From assembly GCF_964355755.1 (NCBI RefSeq), contig NC_092673.1:1-64000 (forward strand): a stretch of 64,000 nt of DNA, in the 5' to 3' direction. Of the stretch, positions 48,272 through 61,400 are shown one piece after another. The first letter of the stretch is position 1. Each line of letters starts with the position of its first letter. This stretch comes from Antedon mediterranea (lineage: Eukaryota; Animalia; Echinodermata). The notes beneath the pieces were generated by a model, which was not told the DNA's origin, searched no databases, and worked only from the letters and a program-made list of their open reading frames with translations. The position numbers and the translations under genes were made by a program.

Positions 48272-51200
48272 TTCAGAGCGTCATTCTGACGATGAAGCAT
48301 TCTCTACTTCTATACGGGGCGCCATTTATGCCTTTATTTACTTCAGAAATAGAAATAGTACTACGGTAACTGGTCCAGTGAAATTTGGCACCGGTGCAGC
48401 ACAGTGATATAGAATCGAAATAAGTCACTAATTTAAATATATTTCGTATGTTAATACACTGTGCTCAAGTGGACTCAATTTGGCAAAAGGGGAGCACAGT
48501 GATATAAAATAGAAATAAAGTCACTAAACTTTAATGCAGTATCTCATTCGTATCTAATACACTGAGCTCAATGGACCCAATTTGGCACGAGCGGAGCACA
48601 TGGATATAAAATAGAAAAAAAATTACTAAAATGTTATATCTCATTATAATAGTGAACCTTGCGCACAGTAAAATAATCACATACAAAAAAATAACAAAAT
48701 ATTTCAAACCTGGTATATAATTATGTTCAATATCGGTTACTTCATCCGTAATGATGTTAATTTTGCTTGACATTTACAACCCTCAAAATATCTCTCTTTC
48801 AAAAATAAAAGAAAAAAATATTCATTATTTTCCATAAAAAAACACCGTAGAGATTCGAACCCAATCCAGAGCTGAAAGCACTCAAACGTAAACCTGAGCA
48901 TTGCCCGTTAAGCTACAAAGTAGTACATGACTGAACAGCTGATAATAGGCCTAGTCTATTTATACATTATTACGTAATTCATCATTACGTAATAAATATC
49001 TTATTAACCTTGTTAAAACCAAAATGACCAGATAGCTCAGTCGCCTGAGCGTCGTGTTCGCAGGTGTACGAAACGGGTTGGTGCGTTGTTATGCAATGAT
49101 TGTGCAGGTGTAGTGGTGGGAAAGACGGTAGTGTTAGTCATTCGCGGTTAACACGTCACATTGTCGATTTTGTTGATGTTGCTACATTGGTAGCGAAATG
49201 TCCGATTCATGCAAGATATTGTATTGTATAATGTATGAATACACGTTTATGGTAGTTGGTGTGTATGGCCGCGCACCGTCCCAGAATAAACATGTTTTAA
49301 ACAGATAGTTTGTCTCCGATGGTTTTTGTGTGGGGTTAATAGAGAGTGAAATAAGATAAAATATTGAACATTTGCAAAGATGGCGATTTCTAGACCAATT
49401 TCGAGGCTTAGACTAATTCCGCCGGCCGCCGGGGGCTAGGCCTTAGGTATATACGAAGTCGAGTTTTAAAGTAGAAAACCCCACCTAAAATGTTGACGTC
49501 GCATCTGGATAGTTGAAATGTTAACATTAGCATAATTATCATAGGTGATTATGTATAGTAATAAGTATAAGTGCAATTCTGGGCTCTATTTTCATTATTA
49601 GCTCTGCCCCAACCATGGTGGGATAGTCTGGAGACTTAATATTTAATTTCATATTTCAATGAATAAGTGCACTTTCCAGGGACACTAAATAATCATTTAT
49701 CTCAGACAAACGCAAGTTATTAAAATCACCGATATGGCTTGAAACTAATTTTTCATTTGCATTGCGGATGGGTAACCGATATTGAACATTATATTCCAAG
49801 TTTGAAATATTTTTGAATTCCAGAGGTATTTTTTCTCGATGTTTTTGTACGTGGCTATTTCGCTGTGCTCACCACAGGGCGCCAAATTGGATCCACTGGA
49901 GCACAGTGTATTAACATACGAAAAGATATTGAAACTTAAGTGACTTCAAATTAGGTCCACTGGAGCACAGTGTATTAACATACCAAAAGATATTAAAATT
50001 AAGTGACTTTTTTTCTATTTTATATCACTGTGCTCCACTGGCGCCAAATTAGGTCCACTTGAGCACAGTGTATACATACGAAAATATTGAAACTTAAGTG
50101 ACTTTATTTCTATTTTATATCACTGTGCTCCACTGGCGCCAAATTGGGTCCACTTGAGCACAGTATATTAGATACGAAACGATATTAAAAGTAGTGACTT
50201 ATTTCTATTTTATATCACTGTGCTAACCTGGTGCTAAATTGGGTCCACTTGAGCAGTTACCGTAGTACTATTTCTATTATTGTTAATAAAGTTAATAAAG
50301 GCATGAATGGCGCTCCGTAGAGAAGTAGAGAATGCTCCAGTCCTCAGACTCAGAGAGATTCAGAGCGTCATTTCGACGATCGAGCATTCTCTACTTCTAC
50401 GGAGCGCCATTTATGCCTTTATTTACTTACGAAATAGAAATAGTACTACGGTAGCTGCTCCAGTGGACCAAATTTAGCACTAGTGGAGCGCAGTGATATA
50501 AAATAGGAATAAGTCACTGAATTTTAATATCTTTTCGTATGTTAATACACTGTGCTCAAGTGGACCCAATTTGGAGCCAGTGGAGCACAGTGATAAAATA
50601 GAAAAAAGTCACTGAATTTTAATATCTTTTCGTATGTTAATACACTGTGCTCAAGTGGACCCAATTTGGCGCCAGGAGAGCACAGTGATATGAAATAGAA
50701 ATAAGTCACTGAATTTTAATATCTTTTCGTATGTTAATACACTGTGCTCAACTGGACCCAATTTGGAGCTAGGGGAACACAGTGATATAAAATAGAAATA
50801 AGTCACTGAATTTTAATATCTTTTCGTATGTTAATACACTGTGCTCAAGAAGTGGACCCAATATGGAGCCAGTGGAGCACAGTGATATTAAATAGAAATA
50901 AGTCACTGAATATTAATATCTTTTCGTATGTTAATACACTATGCTCAAGTGGACCCAACCCAATTTGGAGCTAGGGGAGCACAGTGATATAAAATAGAAA
51001 TAAGTCACTGAATTTTAATATCTTTTCGTATGTTAATACACTGTGCTCAAGTGGACCCAATTTGGAGCCAGTGGAGCACAGTGATATAAATTAGAAATAA
51101 GTCACTAAATTTTAATATCTGTTTGTATGTTAATACACTGTGCTCAAGTGGACACAATTTGGAGCCAGGGGAGCAGAGCTAGTGATATAAAATAGAAAAA

Positions 51201-52380
51201 AGTCACTGAATTTTAATATCTTTTCGTATGTTAATACACTGTGCTCAAGTGGACCCAATTTGGCGCCAGGAGAGCACAGTGATATAAAATAGAAATAAGT
51301 CATTGAATGTTAATATATTTTCGTATGTTAATACACTGTGCTCAAGTGGACCTAATTTGGCGCCAGTGGAGCACAGTGATATAAAATGGAAAAGTCATTG
51401 AATTTTAATATCTTTTCGTATTTAATATACACTATGCTCAAGTGGACCCGATTTGGAACCAGGGGAGCACTGTGATATAAAATAGAAATAAGTCACTGAA
51501 TTTTAATATCTTTTCATATGTTAATACACTGTGCTTACGTGGACCCAATTTGACGCGCGCGCCAGTGAGCACAGTAATATAAAATAGAAAAAAGTCACTA
51601 CATTTTAAAAAACGGTTAGGAATTCGATTTTTTCCTTATAAATTGAGCAAATTAAATTAAAAATATACCAAGAAATATATATTGAAATCAAGGAGTATTT
51701 TTTGTTTACAAAAGAAATGTTCGTATGTTAATACACTGTGCTCAAGTGGACCCAATTTGACACCAATGGGAGCACAGGGAAATAGTCACATACAAAAACA
51801 TCGAGAAAAAATACTTCTGGAATTTAAAAATATTTCAAACTTGGTATATATGTTCAATATGGGTTACTCCATCCGTAAACCAAAAGAAAAAATAGTTTCA
51901 AGCCACATATCAGTGATTTTAATAACTTGCGTTCGCATAATACTTATGAAAAAACATACAATTCCGACACATATTATGTTAAACTCTAATAATGATTTTG
52001 ACCAAAAAAAACGGTTAGGAATTCGATTTTTTCCCTATGAATTGAGCAACTTAAATTAAAAATATACCAAGAAATATATATTGAAATCAAGGAGTATTTT
52101 TTGTTTACAAAAGAAATGTTCGTATGTTAATACACTGTGCTCCAGTGGATCCAATTTGGCGCCAGTGGAGCACAGGGAAATAGTCACATACAAAAACTTC
52201 TAGAAAAAATATTTATCGAATTCAAAAATATTTCAAACTTGGTATATAAGTTCAATATCGGTTACTCCGTCCGTAATGCAAAAGAAAAATTTGTTTCAAG
52301 CCACATTAGTGATTTTAATAACTTGCGTTTGTCTAAGATAAATACTTATGAAAGAACATACAATTCCAACACATTTTTTT
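48272..52380. mobile_element. Cluster of a repeat family with head, ~100-bp internal array and tail (three copies, two head-to-head)
   Basis: Head GCATTCTCTACTTCTA..GCGCCATTTATGCC, units CACTGTGCTCAAGTGGACCCAATTTGG..GAGCACAGTG and tail AATATTTCAAACTTGGTATA. Copies at about 48272-48760 (+), 49690-50340 (-) and 50357-52380 (+). Confidence 0.75.
48845..48916 (-). other. tRNA-like Pol III A/B box pair (SINE head or tRNA pseudogene)
   Basis: Minus strand reads TAGCTTAACGG (A box) then GGTTCGAATCTC (B box). I see no convincing cloverleaf. Confidence 0.4.
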
Positions 52381-52857
52381 AAACTTTAACGATTAAAAAA
52401 AAGACATATGTTAAAATTATGAATTATGTAGTAACATATTGAACGTGTAGTAACCTATTGAACGTATACTACCAAATTTCAAATGTGTAGGACAATTATT
52501 TTATGACGATAAAAATTTTAAGTTTAAAAAATGTGTTGGAATTCTATGTTCTATCATAAATATACATTTTAACTGTACAGTTAATGAGTTATTTCTGGCT
52601 ATTTCAATTTGGCGCGCTATACCTGGCGGCCGAAATGATCATGCCATATTTTGTCCTTTTTGGAGTTTCATGAATTTGGGCGTTCCATAACCGGCGGCTG
52701 AAATGATTGGCGGCCGAAATGCACTGTGACCTCGAGAGTATGCTGAATAGTTTAAATATTACGTGGTGGTCAGAATGGTTTAAAGGTAAAATTAAATACT
52801 AATAGTTTAGTTTTACCTTCTAACTCAATCTAATTGATAATTGTATGGTGCCAGTTG

Positions 52858-53502
52858 GGCGCTACTGCAGTTTCGCACCACACTGTTAAATCTTCGATTT
52901 ATCGCTTCATTTTTTTCTCACACCCACATCATACAATTTTGGGCCATTATGTAACATGTTTCCATGATTTAGCCACCGTTATATTTACCTTTATCACAAT
53001 AAAAAATGCCTTTCAAAACAGCTCTATTTCCGCGAATACCTCGATCGAACTGTGGCCATTAATTTTAGAATCAGAAAATTGCCAGAAATCAATGCATGTT
53101 TTATTTTCTGTTTTAATTTTAAACAAATATTAATTAAACCTCTCTTTCGCCAGCTGAAAATATTTCTTGCCTTTCAAAACTAAATAGGCCTAGGCCTATA
53201 TTATGTGTAATCGTATTTTATTACACTGGCCTCTATAGTTTCTACATTTTTTGGGGAAAATGAAGCATACATTCTGGCAATTGAGTGATAAATATAAGAT
53301 GGCGAACATTTCGCAGTGTGTTGACATCGAGTTCAGTATTGTTTAAAATGTTTTGAAAAGTATTGTTATTTAAAAAAAATTAATTCGTAAGTGGTCGAAT
53401 CGTATAAACATGTTACATAATATTATGTTGTGAGTGTGAAAAAGAAAAATTTAGGTGAGAAATCGAAGATATAACGGTGTGGTGCGAAACTGCAGTAGCG
53501 CC
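52858..53502. mobile_element. 645-bp MITE with 8-bp TSD (Merlin- or hAT-type)
   Basis: TIRs GGCGCTACTGCAGTTTCGCACCACAC..TCTTCGATTT, about 42 bp. GCCAGTTG is duplicated at 52850-52857 and 53503-53510. Confidence 0.9.
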
Positions 53503-53562
53503 GCCAGTTGTGTTTTATATAGGGGCGTAGGCCTAGGCCTAATAGTAATAGTAGTAGGACTA

Positions 53563-54993
53563 AGCGCCGTGAAGTTGGTTACTTATTCCTTATTCGACAT
53601 TCGTCAATGGAAGTTGGTTCCTTATTCGACGTTCGACATTCGCTAGGCTAGGCCAAAATTTCGAAATTGATAATTTCCCAGCGGTAAATATGCCGTGCGC
53701 CATGCCACCAACCAATCTCCTGCTGTTACTTATTCCCTATTCGACATTCATTCGTGAAGTTGGTTCCTTATTCGACGTTCGCTAGGCCGCGACCGACTGG
53801 CTGGCCCAATGTAGGCCTACCTCTTTTATCACAGATTTACATTTTGAGTTCCGATATTACGACCATACCAACGCCTCGGGCCGGGTTCAAAATAGTATAG
53901 ATTGACGTAGTATGGTCCTAACATTCCAGAAATATTCCACTTGCCCCGGCCCAGTGCGGGCAAGTACGTATTTTAAAGCAATTTAAAGTGCATATTTTTG
54001 GCATTAATATTTAGTAAAAAACACCACTTTTCAATTAGAAATATGACCACACCCGACGCCTCGGGCCGAGTTCAAATTAGTACAGATTGACCAAGTATGG
54101 TCCTGGCATTCCAGAAATGTGCCACTTTCCCCGGCCCAATGCGGGCAATGTACGTATTTTAAATCAATTTTAAGTGCGTATTTTTAGCATTAATTTAGTA
54201 AACACCACTTTTAAATTGGCAATATGGCCACACCCGACGCCTCGGGCGGGTTTCACAATAGTCCAGCCCGGTCCAGTATGGTCCTGGCATTCCAGAAATG
54301 TGCCACTTGCCCCGGCCCAGTGCGGGCAAGTACGGATTTTAAAGCAATTTAAAATGCGTATTTTTAGCATTAATTTAGTAAACACCACTTTAAAAGTGGC
54401 CATATGATCACACCCCGACGCCTCGGGGCGGGTTCACAATAATATGGATTGACGTAGAATGGTCCTGACATTCCAGAAATGTGCCACTTGCCCCGGCCCA
54501 GTGCGGGCAAGTACGGATTTTAAAGCAATTTAAAATGCGTATTTTTAGCATTAATTTAGTAAACACCACTTTTAAAGTGGCCATATGATCACACCCCGAC
54601 GCCTCGGGGGCGGGTTCACAATAATATGGATTGACGTAGAATGGTCCTGACATTCCAGAAATGTGCCACTTGCCCCGGCCCAGTGCGGGGGCAAGTACGT
54701 GTTTTAAAGCAATTTAAAATGCGTATTTTTAAAGTTATTTTACTAAGTATTAATAGCACCACTTTTAAAGTGGCCATATGACCACACCCCGACGCCTCGG
54801 GTCGGGTTCACAATATTATAGATTGATGTAGAATGGTCCTGGCCTAGCGAATGTCGAACGTCGAATAAGGAACCAACTTCCATTGACGAATGTCGAATAA
54901 GGAATAAGTAACTAACTTCACGGCGCTCAAATAAGGAACCAACTTCCATGGACGAATGTCGAATAAGGAATAAGTAACCAACTTCACGGCGCT
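53563..54993. mobile_element. Mutator/foldback-like non-autonomous element with modular TIRs and an internal ~183-bp array
   Basis: Ends AGCGCCGTGAAGTTGGTTACTTATTCC / GGAATAAGTAACCAACTTCACGGCGCT. 9-bp TSD GTAGGACTA at 53554-53562 and 54994-55002. About five internal units containing TTGCCCCGGCCCAGTGCGGG. Confidence 0.9.
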
Positions 54994-55515
54994 GTAGGAC
55001 TATTGTAAATTCTTATCTAGGCCTCCTAGCCTAGGCCCTAGGCCCTAGGCCTATAGCCCCTATTAGAGTAAACCTATTATGCCTAGCCTACTAGGCCTAG
55101 TACTAGGCTAGCTAGTTAGGCTAGGCCTAGATAGACATATAGGCCTAACTAGCTAGGCCTAAAACGTGCTACCTTACTTAATAATACCAGCCTGCTAATT
55201 AACTAGCCTAATATTAATAAAATTATACTAGCTAGTAGGCCCCTTAGCCTTATAGCCTAGCCTATCTACTAGTCCCCAGGCCTGGCCTTATATTATGCTA
55301 GTAAATCTTTTGGGCCAAGCTAGTCAAATTTTGATCGTTTTACACACAATTTATAAATGTCATTAGGCCTAGGCCTAGTAGTAATTATTAATTAATAGAA
55401 AGATCAGGAGAAAAATAACTTGTAATTATTAAATTAATTTAATTCAGAAGCTACCCCCTGCATGCAAAATTTAGTCCTGCAACCAAAACAAATGTCATTT
55501 TGAATATACCGTTAA

Positions 55516-56550
55516 ATGTGTTTTTATCTTGCAGAATATAAAAATATTGTTGTTACAGGCGCATTAGGGTTGGTACTAACAATAACTGTATGGAAACACA
55601 TAAAAAATAAAATGTCAGATGGTGGAAAGAATATTGATTCAAAAACTATAGATGCTTCAAGTATAAGTCCGGTCTCACCTGATCACAATCAACCTGAAGA
55701 GAACAGTGAACCGGCCAGTGGTGACAAAGAAATCCAAGCACCTATAGCTGAAACTTCATTTCCAAATACATGCGCAATCCCACCCAACAATCAACCTGAA
55801 GAGAACATTGAACTGACTAGTAGTGACATCCAAACACCTATAGCTAAAACTCCATTGCCAAATACATGCGCAATCTCACCCAACAATCAACCTGAAGAGA
55901 ACATTGAACTGACCAGCGGTGACAAGGAAATCCAAGCACCTATCCAAGGACCTACAGGTTCCAAAAGTGAGGAGCAAGACACAAATTTGGAAATGAAACG
56001 TGGTATCAATGTGATTATAAAAAAAGCTAACATTACCCTTGAAACTGTTGATGTTATCGTGAATGCAGCTAATGGCAGACTTATGCATGGGGGAGGTGTT
56101 GCAAGAGCCATTGCTGTAAAAGCTGGTCCAGAAATTGATATTGAAGGAGAAAAAAAACTACAAGAACGAGGACATACATTAGGAGTATCAGAAGTATTAC
56201 ATACTAAAGGTTATAAACTGGATGCAAAGTTTGTGATACATGCTGTCGGACCAATACAGGGCAGAAATGATCAGTTTCAGTCGAAGTTAAAGAAAACATT
56301 CTTCAATTGTCTGTCTTATGCAGATGAAAAGCTCAAAGCAAAGTCTATTGCAATTCCTTTGATCAGCTCTGGTATATTTGGTGGACAAAAGATGGAATGT
56401 GCTAAAGCATTGATTGATTCCATCAACAGTTTTGTAGATGACGATAAATTTGAACATGTGAAAGAAATTAGACTTGTGAATATTGATTCTCAAGCTACTG
56501 ATGCAATTACACAATTGTCTTCTAAGCTAAAACTCATACATAAAGACTAA
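55516..56550 (+). CDS. Macrodomain (ADP-ribose binding/hydrolase, MacroD or PARP9/14-like) protein with acidic repeats
   Basis: 344-aa ORF containing ANIT..VDVIVNAAN..HGGGVARAI..VIHAVGP..SIAIPLISSGIFG. The true 5' end is uncertain: there is an acceptor AG at 55533-55534 and an internal ATG at 55612. Confidence 0.88.
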   Translation: MCFYLAEYKNIVVTGALGLVLTITVWKHIKNKMSDGGKNIDSKTIDASSISPVSPDHNQPEENSEPASGDKEIQAPIAETSFPNTCAIPPNNQPEENIELTSSDIQTPIAKTPLPNTCAISPNNQPEENIELTSGDKEIQAPIQGPTGSKSEEQDTNLEMKRGINVIIKKANITLETVDVIVNAANGRLMHGGGVARAIAVKAGPEIDIEGEKKLQERGHTLGVSEVLHTKGYKLDAKFVIHAVGPIQGRNDQFQSKLKKTFFNCLSYADEKLKAKSIAIPLISSGIFGGQKMECAKALIDSINSFVDDDKFEHVKEIRLVNIDSQATDAITQLSSKLKLIHKD

Positions 56551-56887
56551 CAGCTATGTAGTTGTTGGACATTACATATTCATAGTACTTTAAAATAGTT
56601 TAAGAGTTTTTTCCTCTGAATGATCCATCTATTTGTATTGTTTTTACAATATTATGTATGAAATAACTAATTATACTGTAATTCAATTAATGTAGATGGT
56701 TAGTCTCTCCAATGAGCTTTTGATTGACTTTAAACATATATAAATAATGTTTTACACAATGGAATAACTATGTAGTTTTCAAGGAATGAATCAAATAAAT
56801 TAATTTAATCAAAATATGAAAATCAAACTTGGTTGCTTTGTGTTATTATTTATTTTATTTATTCTACTATAGAAACAGAGACCCGAA

Positions 56888-57532
56888 CGTATACGTACAC
56901 ACATTAAAGATGTATTGTACGTATACGTACACACATTAAAGATGTATTGTACGTATACGTACACAGATTAAAGATGTATTATACGTACTGTATACGTACA
57001 CACATTAAAGAATGTATTGTACGTATACGTACACAGATTAAAGATGTATTATACGTATACGTACACAGATTAAAGATGTATTATACGTATACGTACACAC
57101 ATTAAAGATGTATTGTACGTATACGTACACACATTAAAGATGTATTATACGTATACGTACACACATTAAAGATGTATGGTACGTATACGTACACACATTA
57201 AAGATGTATTATACGTATACGTACACACATTAAAGATGTATTGTACGTATACGTACACACATTAAAGATGTATTGTACGTATACGTACACACATTAAAGA
57301 TGTATTGTACGTATACGTACACACATTAAAGATGTATTGTACGTATACGTACACACATTAAAGATGTATTGTACGTATACGTACACAGATTAAAGATGTA
57401 TTATACGTATACGTACACACATTAAAGATGTATTGTACGTATACGTACACACATTAAAGATGTATTATACGTATACGTACACACATTAAAGATGTATGGT
57501 ACGTATACGTACAAACATTAAAGATGTATTGT
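56888..57532. repeat. 32-bp tandem repeat, about 20 copies, containing the left junction of the adjacent transposon
   Basis: Unit CGTATACGTACACACA-TTAA-AGATGTATTGT-A. Confidence 0.95.
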
Positions 57533-57649
57533 CCCTTCGACTAATTTCAAAAAAATTAAAAATAACAGATTTCGAAAAAAGGTGGGTCATTTTAAAGTAT
57601 CATAATAGTTATTAACTATCACCAAAAATTTGTCGGAAAAAAAATAATT

Positions 57650-60600
57650 TAACTGAAATACAGACAACAAACAAAAACAGCAACAAACAAAAACAACAAA
57701 GATATCCATCTAACAAATTAAATAAAGGTTCATAAAAATTATTCTACTCTCTAAACCATTTTATATTTGATTTATAAATTCTTCTAATTTTATCCATTTT
57801 CTATTAAAAATACTGTCCTCAAAATTCTGATGATAAATAAATTTTTCTGTTTCATAAAACCTTTTTAACTCGTTCATAACCATTTTGATAGTTGGCTTAC
57901 ATTTAACTAGTTTACATTTATAAATAAATGATTTTACAATTAGAATAATTGCATTAATGGCTTTTAAATTAAAAAACTGATGCGCATCTTGGTATCCGAA
58001 AATTATGCTCTCTTTACTAAAAATAAATTGCACTCCAGTTTTTTCTGAAATTTGTTCCTGGAGGAGGTTCCATATCCTTTTTACTATTGGACAATTACAG
58101 AACAAATGCTGAATGGTTTCAATTTTACCATCTCCAAATGAGCACATTGAAGTTTCTTTTATATTCATTTTAAATAATTGTTCATTTGTTGCAATTATTC
58201 TATTTACAATTTTATATTGAAAATATATTAAAGCAATATTCATTGTACACGTATGTGGAGCTAGGTAGATTGTTTTTCATTGTTCGTTATTGAATACAAA
58301 TTTATTTTCTGCCCATTTCTTTTGTGCTTTCCATGATTTAAACATTGAGTTATTTAAAATGGACCTGAAATGGATTTTCGATTTTTTTCATTTTAGAATG
58401 ATGTTTTGGGGGCTATTAGGTGTTGCTAGAATGTATATTGTTACAAAATATAAATTGGCCCTTTTGGGGAAAACCCCATTTGAAAATCAAAAAAATTCGC
58501 GGGTGACGTCACTTTGCGAATATATTCCTATCCCTCCAATGGAAAATTTGCAGTTTTTTGGCTATAACTCTTGAAATCTATGGAGTATTTTCTAAAAAAT
58601 GCTTGTGCATTTGCAGAAACGTGTTTAGAATTTTTTTAGATAAAATTATTACCGTATAAACGGTTATTCATCAAGTAAATGACGATTTAAAATCTTAAAA
58701 TCAACGGTTTTTTTCTGGCAATACCGAAGTTGGCCTGGCAATGTTGTCCGGGATACAGCTCCGTACGCAATGATGCGTATCCATATTTTCCGTTCGTGTA
58801 TTTTGTATATCGATCGTAATTTATACTGCTAAAATTTGTTAGTTTCTTTAGTTTTTAGTTTAGCAGAATTAAATTAGTAATATGAGATGATAATTTATTT
58901 GTCACGAATCAGGCAGTTCGAAAACGAATTTTATTCATATTTTACTTTGGCTTGGCAATGAGCGCAGCAAGTTGTTGATATCGCTTTGGTCCTTGGATAC
59001 ACTTGAAACGGAGCCTCGCCGCATGATGTGGGTGGTGGATCGACTCCGCGCTCTGGATTGGGGGCCTAGGCCTAGTAAAGGTTTGGGAGGTAGGCCTTCT
59101 AAATTCGGGTTTTAGAACAAACGAAGTACATTTTAGGGACCTATATTTCAACAACATTAGATATTGAATAAATTAGTATTAGTGTCAACGCTTCGCGTAT
59201 CTTTCCAGGCCGTCGATCATTCACTGACTATCGGGCGGCATACACGCTCTCGATATCATCGTATGTATATGTGACGTCGTGAATATAGAGGCTTCCGACG
59301 GCCGTTGAAATAGAATATTGCAATGGCGTGAGTAATTTTCGCTAATTTACCATGGTATTTTAAAATTTCGTTTTTACTCAAAATACTATACATTTTGTTT
59401 TTATTTGTGTGGGTTTGTGTTAATTTGATACATTTAAATAACATGTGTGAATTTCTTGAAAATCGAAATTCCATTTCAGGTCCATTTTAAAACATCATAA
59501 AAAATACGACATTCCTTTCTTTGTTGAAAGAGTACTTTTATGTGAAATGGAATATCTGGCAAAACTGTTTTTTTAATTTCACATATCATTAAATTGTTAA
59601 ATTTTTCCCTAAGAAGCCTTTTTAATCCTATTAATTTTATATAATTTATCTTAATACCATAGGTATCTTCGACTTCTTTTTTATTCATAAATTGCCCATT
59701 GCTGTTAAACAAATCATTAACAAACAAAATACCTGCTTTTTCCCAATTTCCATATCTTATACATTCGTTGCCTATTCTTATTACTTCATTATTCCAAATT
59801 TGCATTCGTAATAGCTCGTCAACAGACTTTGGATAATGAATAGAAATAAAATTACTCCATGCATCTATTACCTCTTTCCAGAAGAGAATTTTAACATTAT
59901 CTCTAATGCTGGACAGACGTTTACAATTCGTTTCAAGTTGCATAGAGTTAGACAAATTTGTTATGTACTTAAATAGCTTAAATATTGGGTTGTCTTCGGA
60001 TTTATTGTTGAAAATTCTACGCAACCAAGTTATTTTTAATGACATAAAAAAAAAGTTCAAATCTACCATTCTTAATCCACCATGTAAGTAATCACTTTTC
60101 ATCTGATGCCGGTTTATTTTATCAGGTTTGTTTTGCCAAATAAAACGAAAAAATAAATTATTAAGACGTACTACGTATTCATTTGATGGGTTCGGTAAGG
60201 ACATGATCATATGAATGAGTTTTGGTAACAAGAGTGATTTAATAATAGTTATTTTACCAATTACTGTCAAGTTTCTTTTAGACCATTGGTTTATCATACG
60301 CTCTATCGTTAAAAACACTCTTTCATAGTTTACATTAATCATTTGAACTGCATCTAATGAAAAGTCAATACCTAAAATTGAAAATATGGCATTGCCTATC
60401 CAGTTTATCTTTTTTCTTGTTTTTAACCTTACATTGCTACCTCTCTTACTACCTATCCATACAACTTTTGTTTTTTCTTCATTTATTCTTAAACCGGAAA
60501 TACTCTCGTATGTATCCAGTGTATCAAGTGTTGCATGCAGTGATGCTTCAGACCCATCAAGTATAATGGTAGTGTCGTCTGCATATTGAGATATTGTATA

Positions 60601-61400
60601 TTCCTCATCTCTAATTTTAACTCCCTTAATTAGTTTGTTTTGCTTTATTAAATTATTCAATATTTCTGCACAAATTATAAAAATATATGGAGAAAGAGGG
60701 TCTCCTTGTCTACAGCCTCTTTCAATTTTAAAACGATTTGACATAGCACCGTTAACATTAACTGAGGAATACATTTCCGAATAAAAAATTGTAATCCACC
60801 TTCTAATAGACTCGCCAAAGTTAAACATTTCCATGGCTCTATCAATGAATATATGTGAAACAGAGTCGAAGGCTTTTTCGAAGTCAATTAATAATAGCAT
60901 ACCGGGAATCTTTAACTGTTCACTAAGACATATAATGTCATTCATTAGTCTAATATTTTCGCCAATAAATCTATCTGGCATAAAACCGTTTTGCTCTCTA
61001 CTTATAATATGACTTAATACATTCTTTATTCGATTAGCTATACACCCAGACGCTAACTTATAGGTGATGCTTAATAGTGATATAGGTCGCCAATTTTTTA
61101 GAAGGTCCCTTGGTTTATTCGGTTTAGGTATAAGCGTTATGATTCCAATTTGTTGAGATTGAGATAGTTTTCCGTTCTTATACACCCAATCGAGCATTCT
61201 AACTAAATAACCACTAATATTAATCCAGAAAAATTTAAAGAATTCGGCGGAGAAACCATCTTGTCCGGGACTTTTATTGTTTTTCATATTTTTAAGAACT
61301 TGTAATATTTCATCAATTGTTAATGGCCCCTCAATTTCCTCCTTTTGTTTTTGTGATAATTTTGTCATACTATTTTTTTCAAATATTGTTTTCATAGTTA
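57650..61400 (-). mobile_element. L1/Tx1-clade LINE ORF2 segment (RT plus C-terminal zinc-knuckle region), interrupted
   Basis: ORF 59476-61485 has KSPGQDG, NWRPISLL, DFEKAFDSV, GCRQGDPLSP and QYADD. ORF 57761-58243 has CSF..ETIQHLFCNC. No APE domain is present. Confidence 0.93.
58358..59486. mobile_element. Inner 1.13-kb TTAA-targeting TIR element (Kolobok-like) inserted into the LINE ORF
   Basis: TIRs AATGGACCTGAAATGGATTTTCGATTTT / AAAATCGAAATTCCATTTCAGGTCCATT with one mismatch. TTAA at 58354-58357 and 59487-59490. Confidence 0.9.

Noticed and set aside
48845-48916. Functional tRNA gene
   Set aside because: A and B boxes are present but acceptor and anticodon stems do not pair convincingly, so it is kept only as a tRNA-like remnant.
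55876-56514. Minus-strand ORFs over the macrodomain gene, and similar antisense ORFs over cyclin J, Vax and the RTs
   Set aside because: Antisense shadows of real coding frames with no recognisable motifs.
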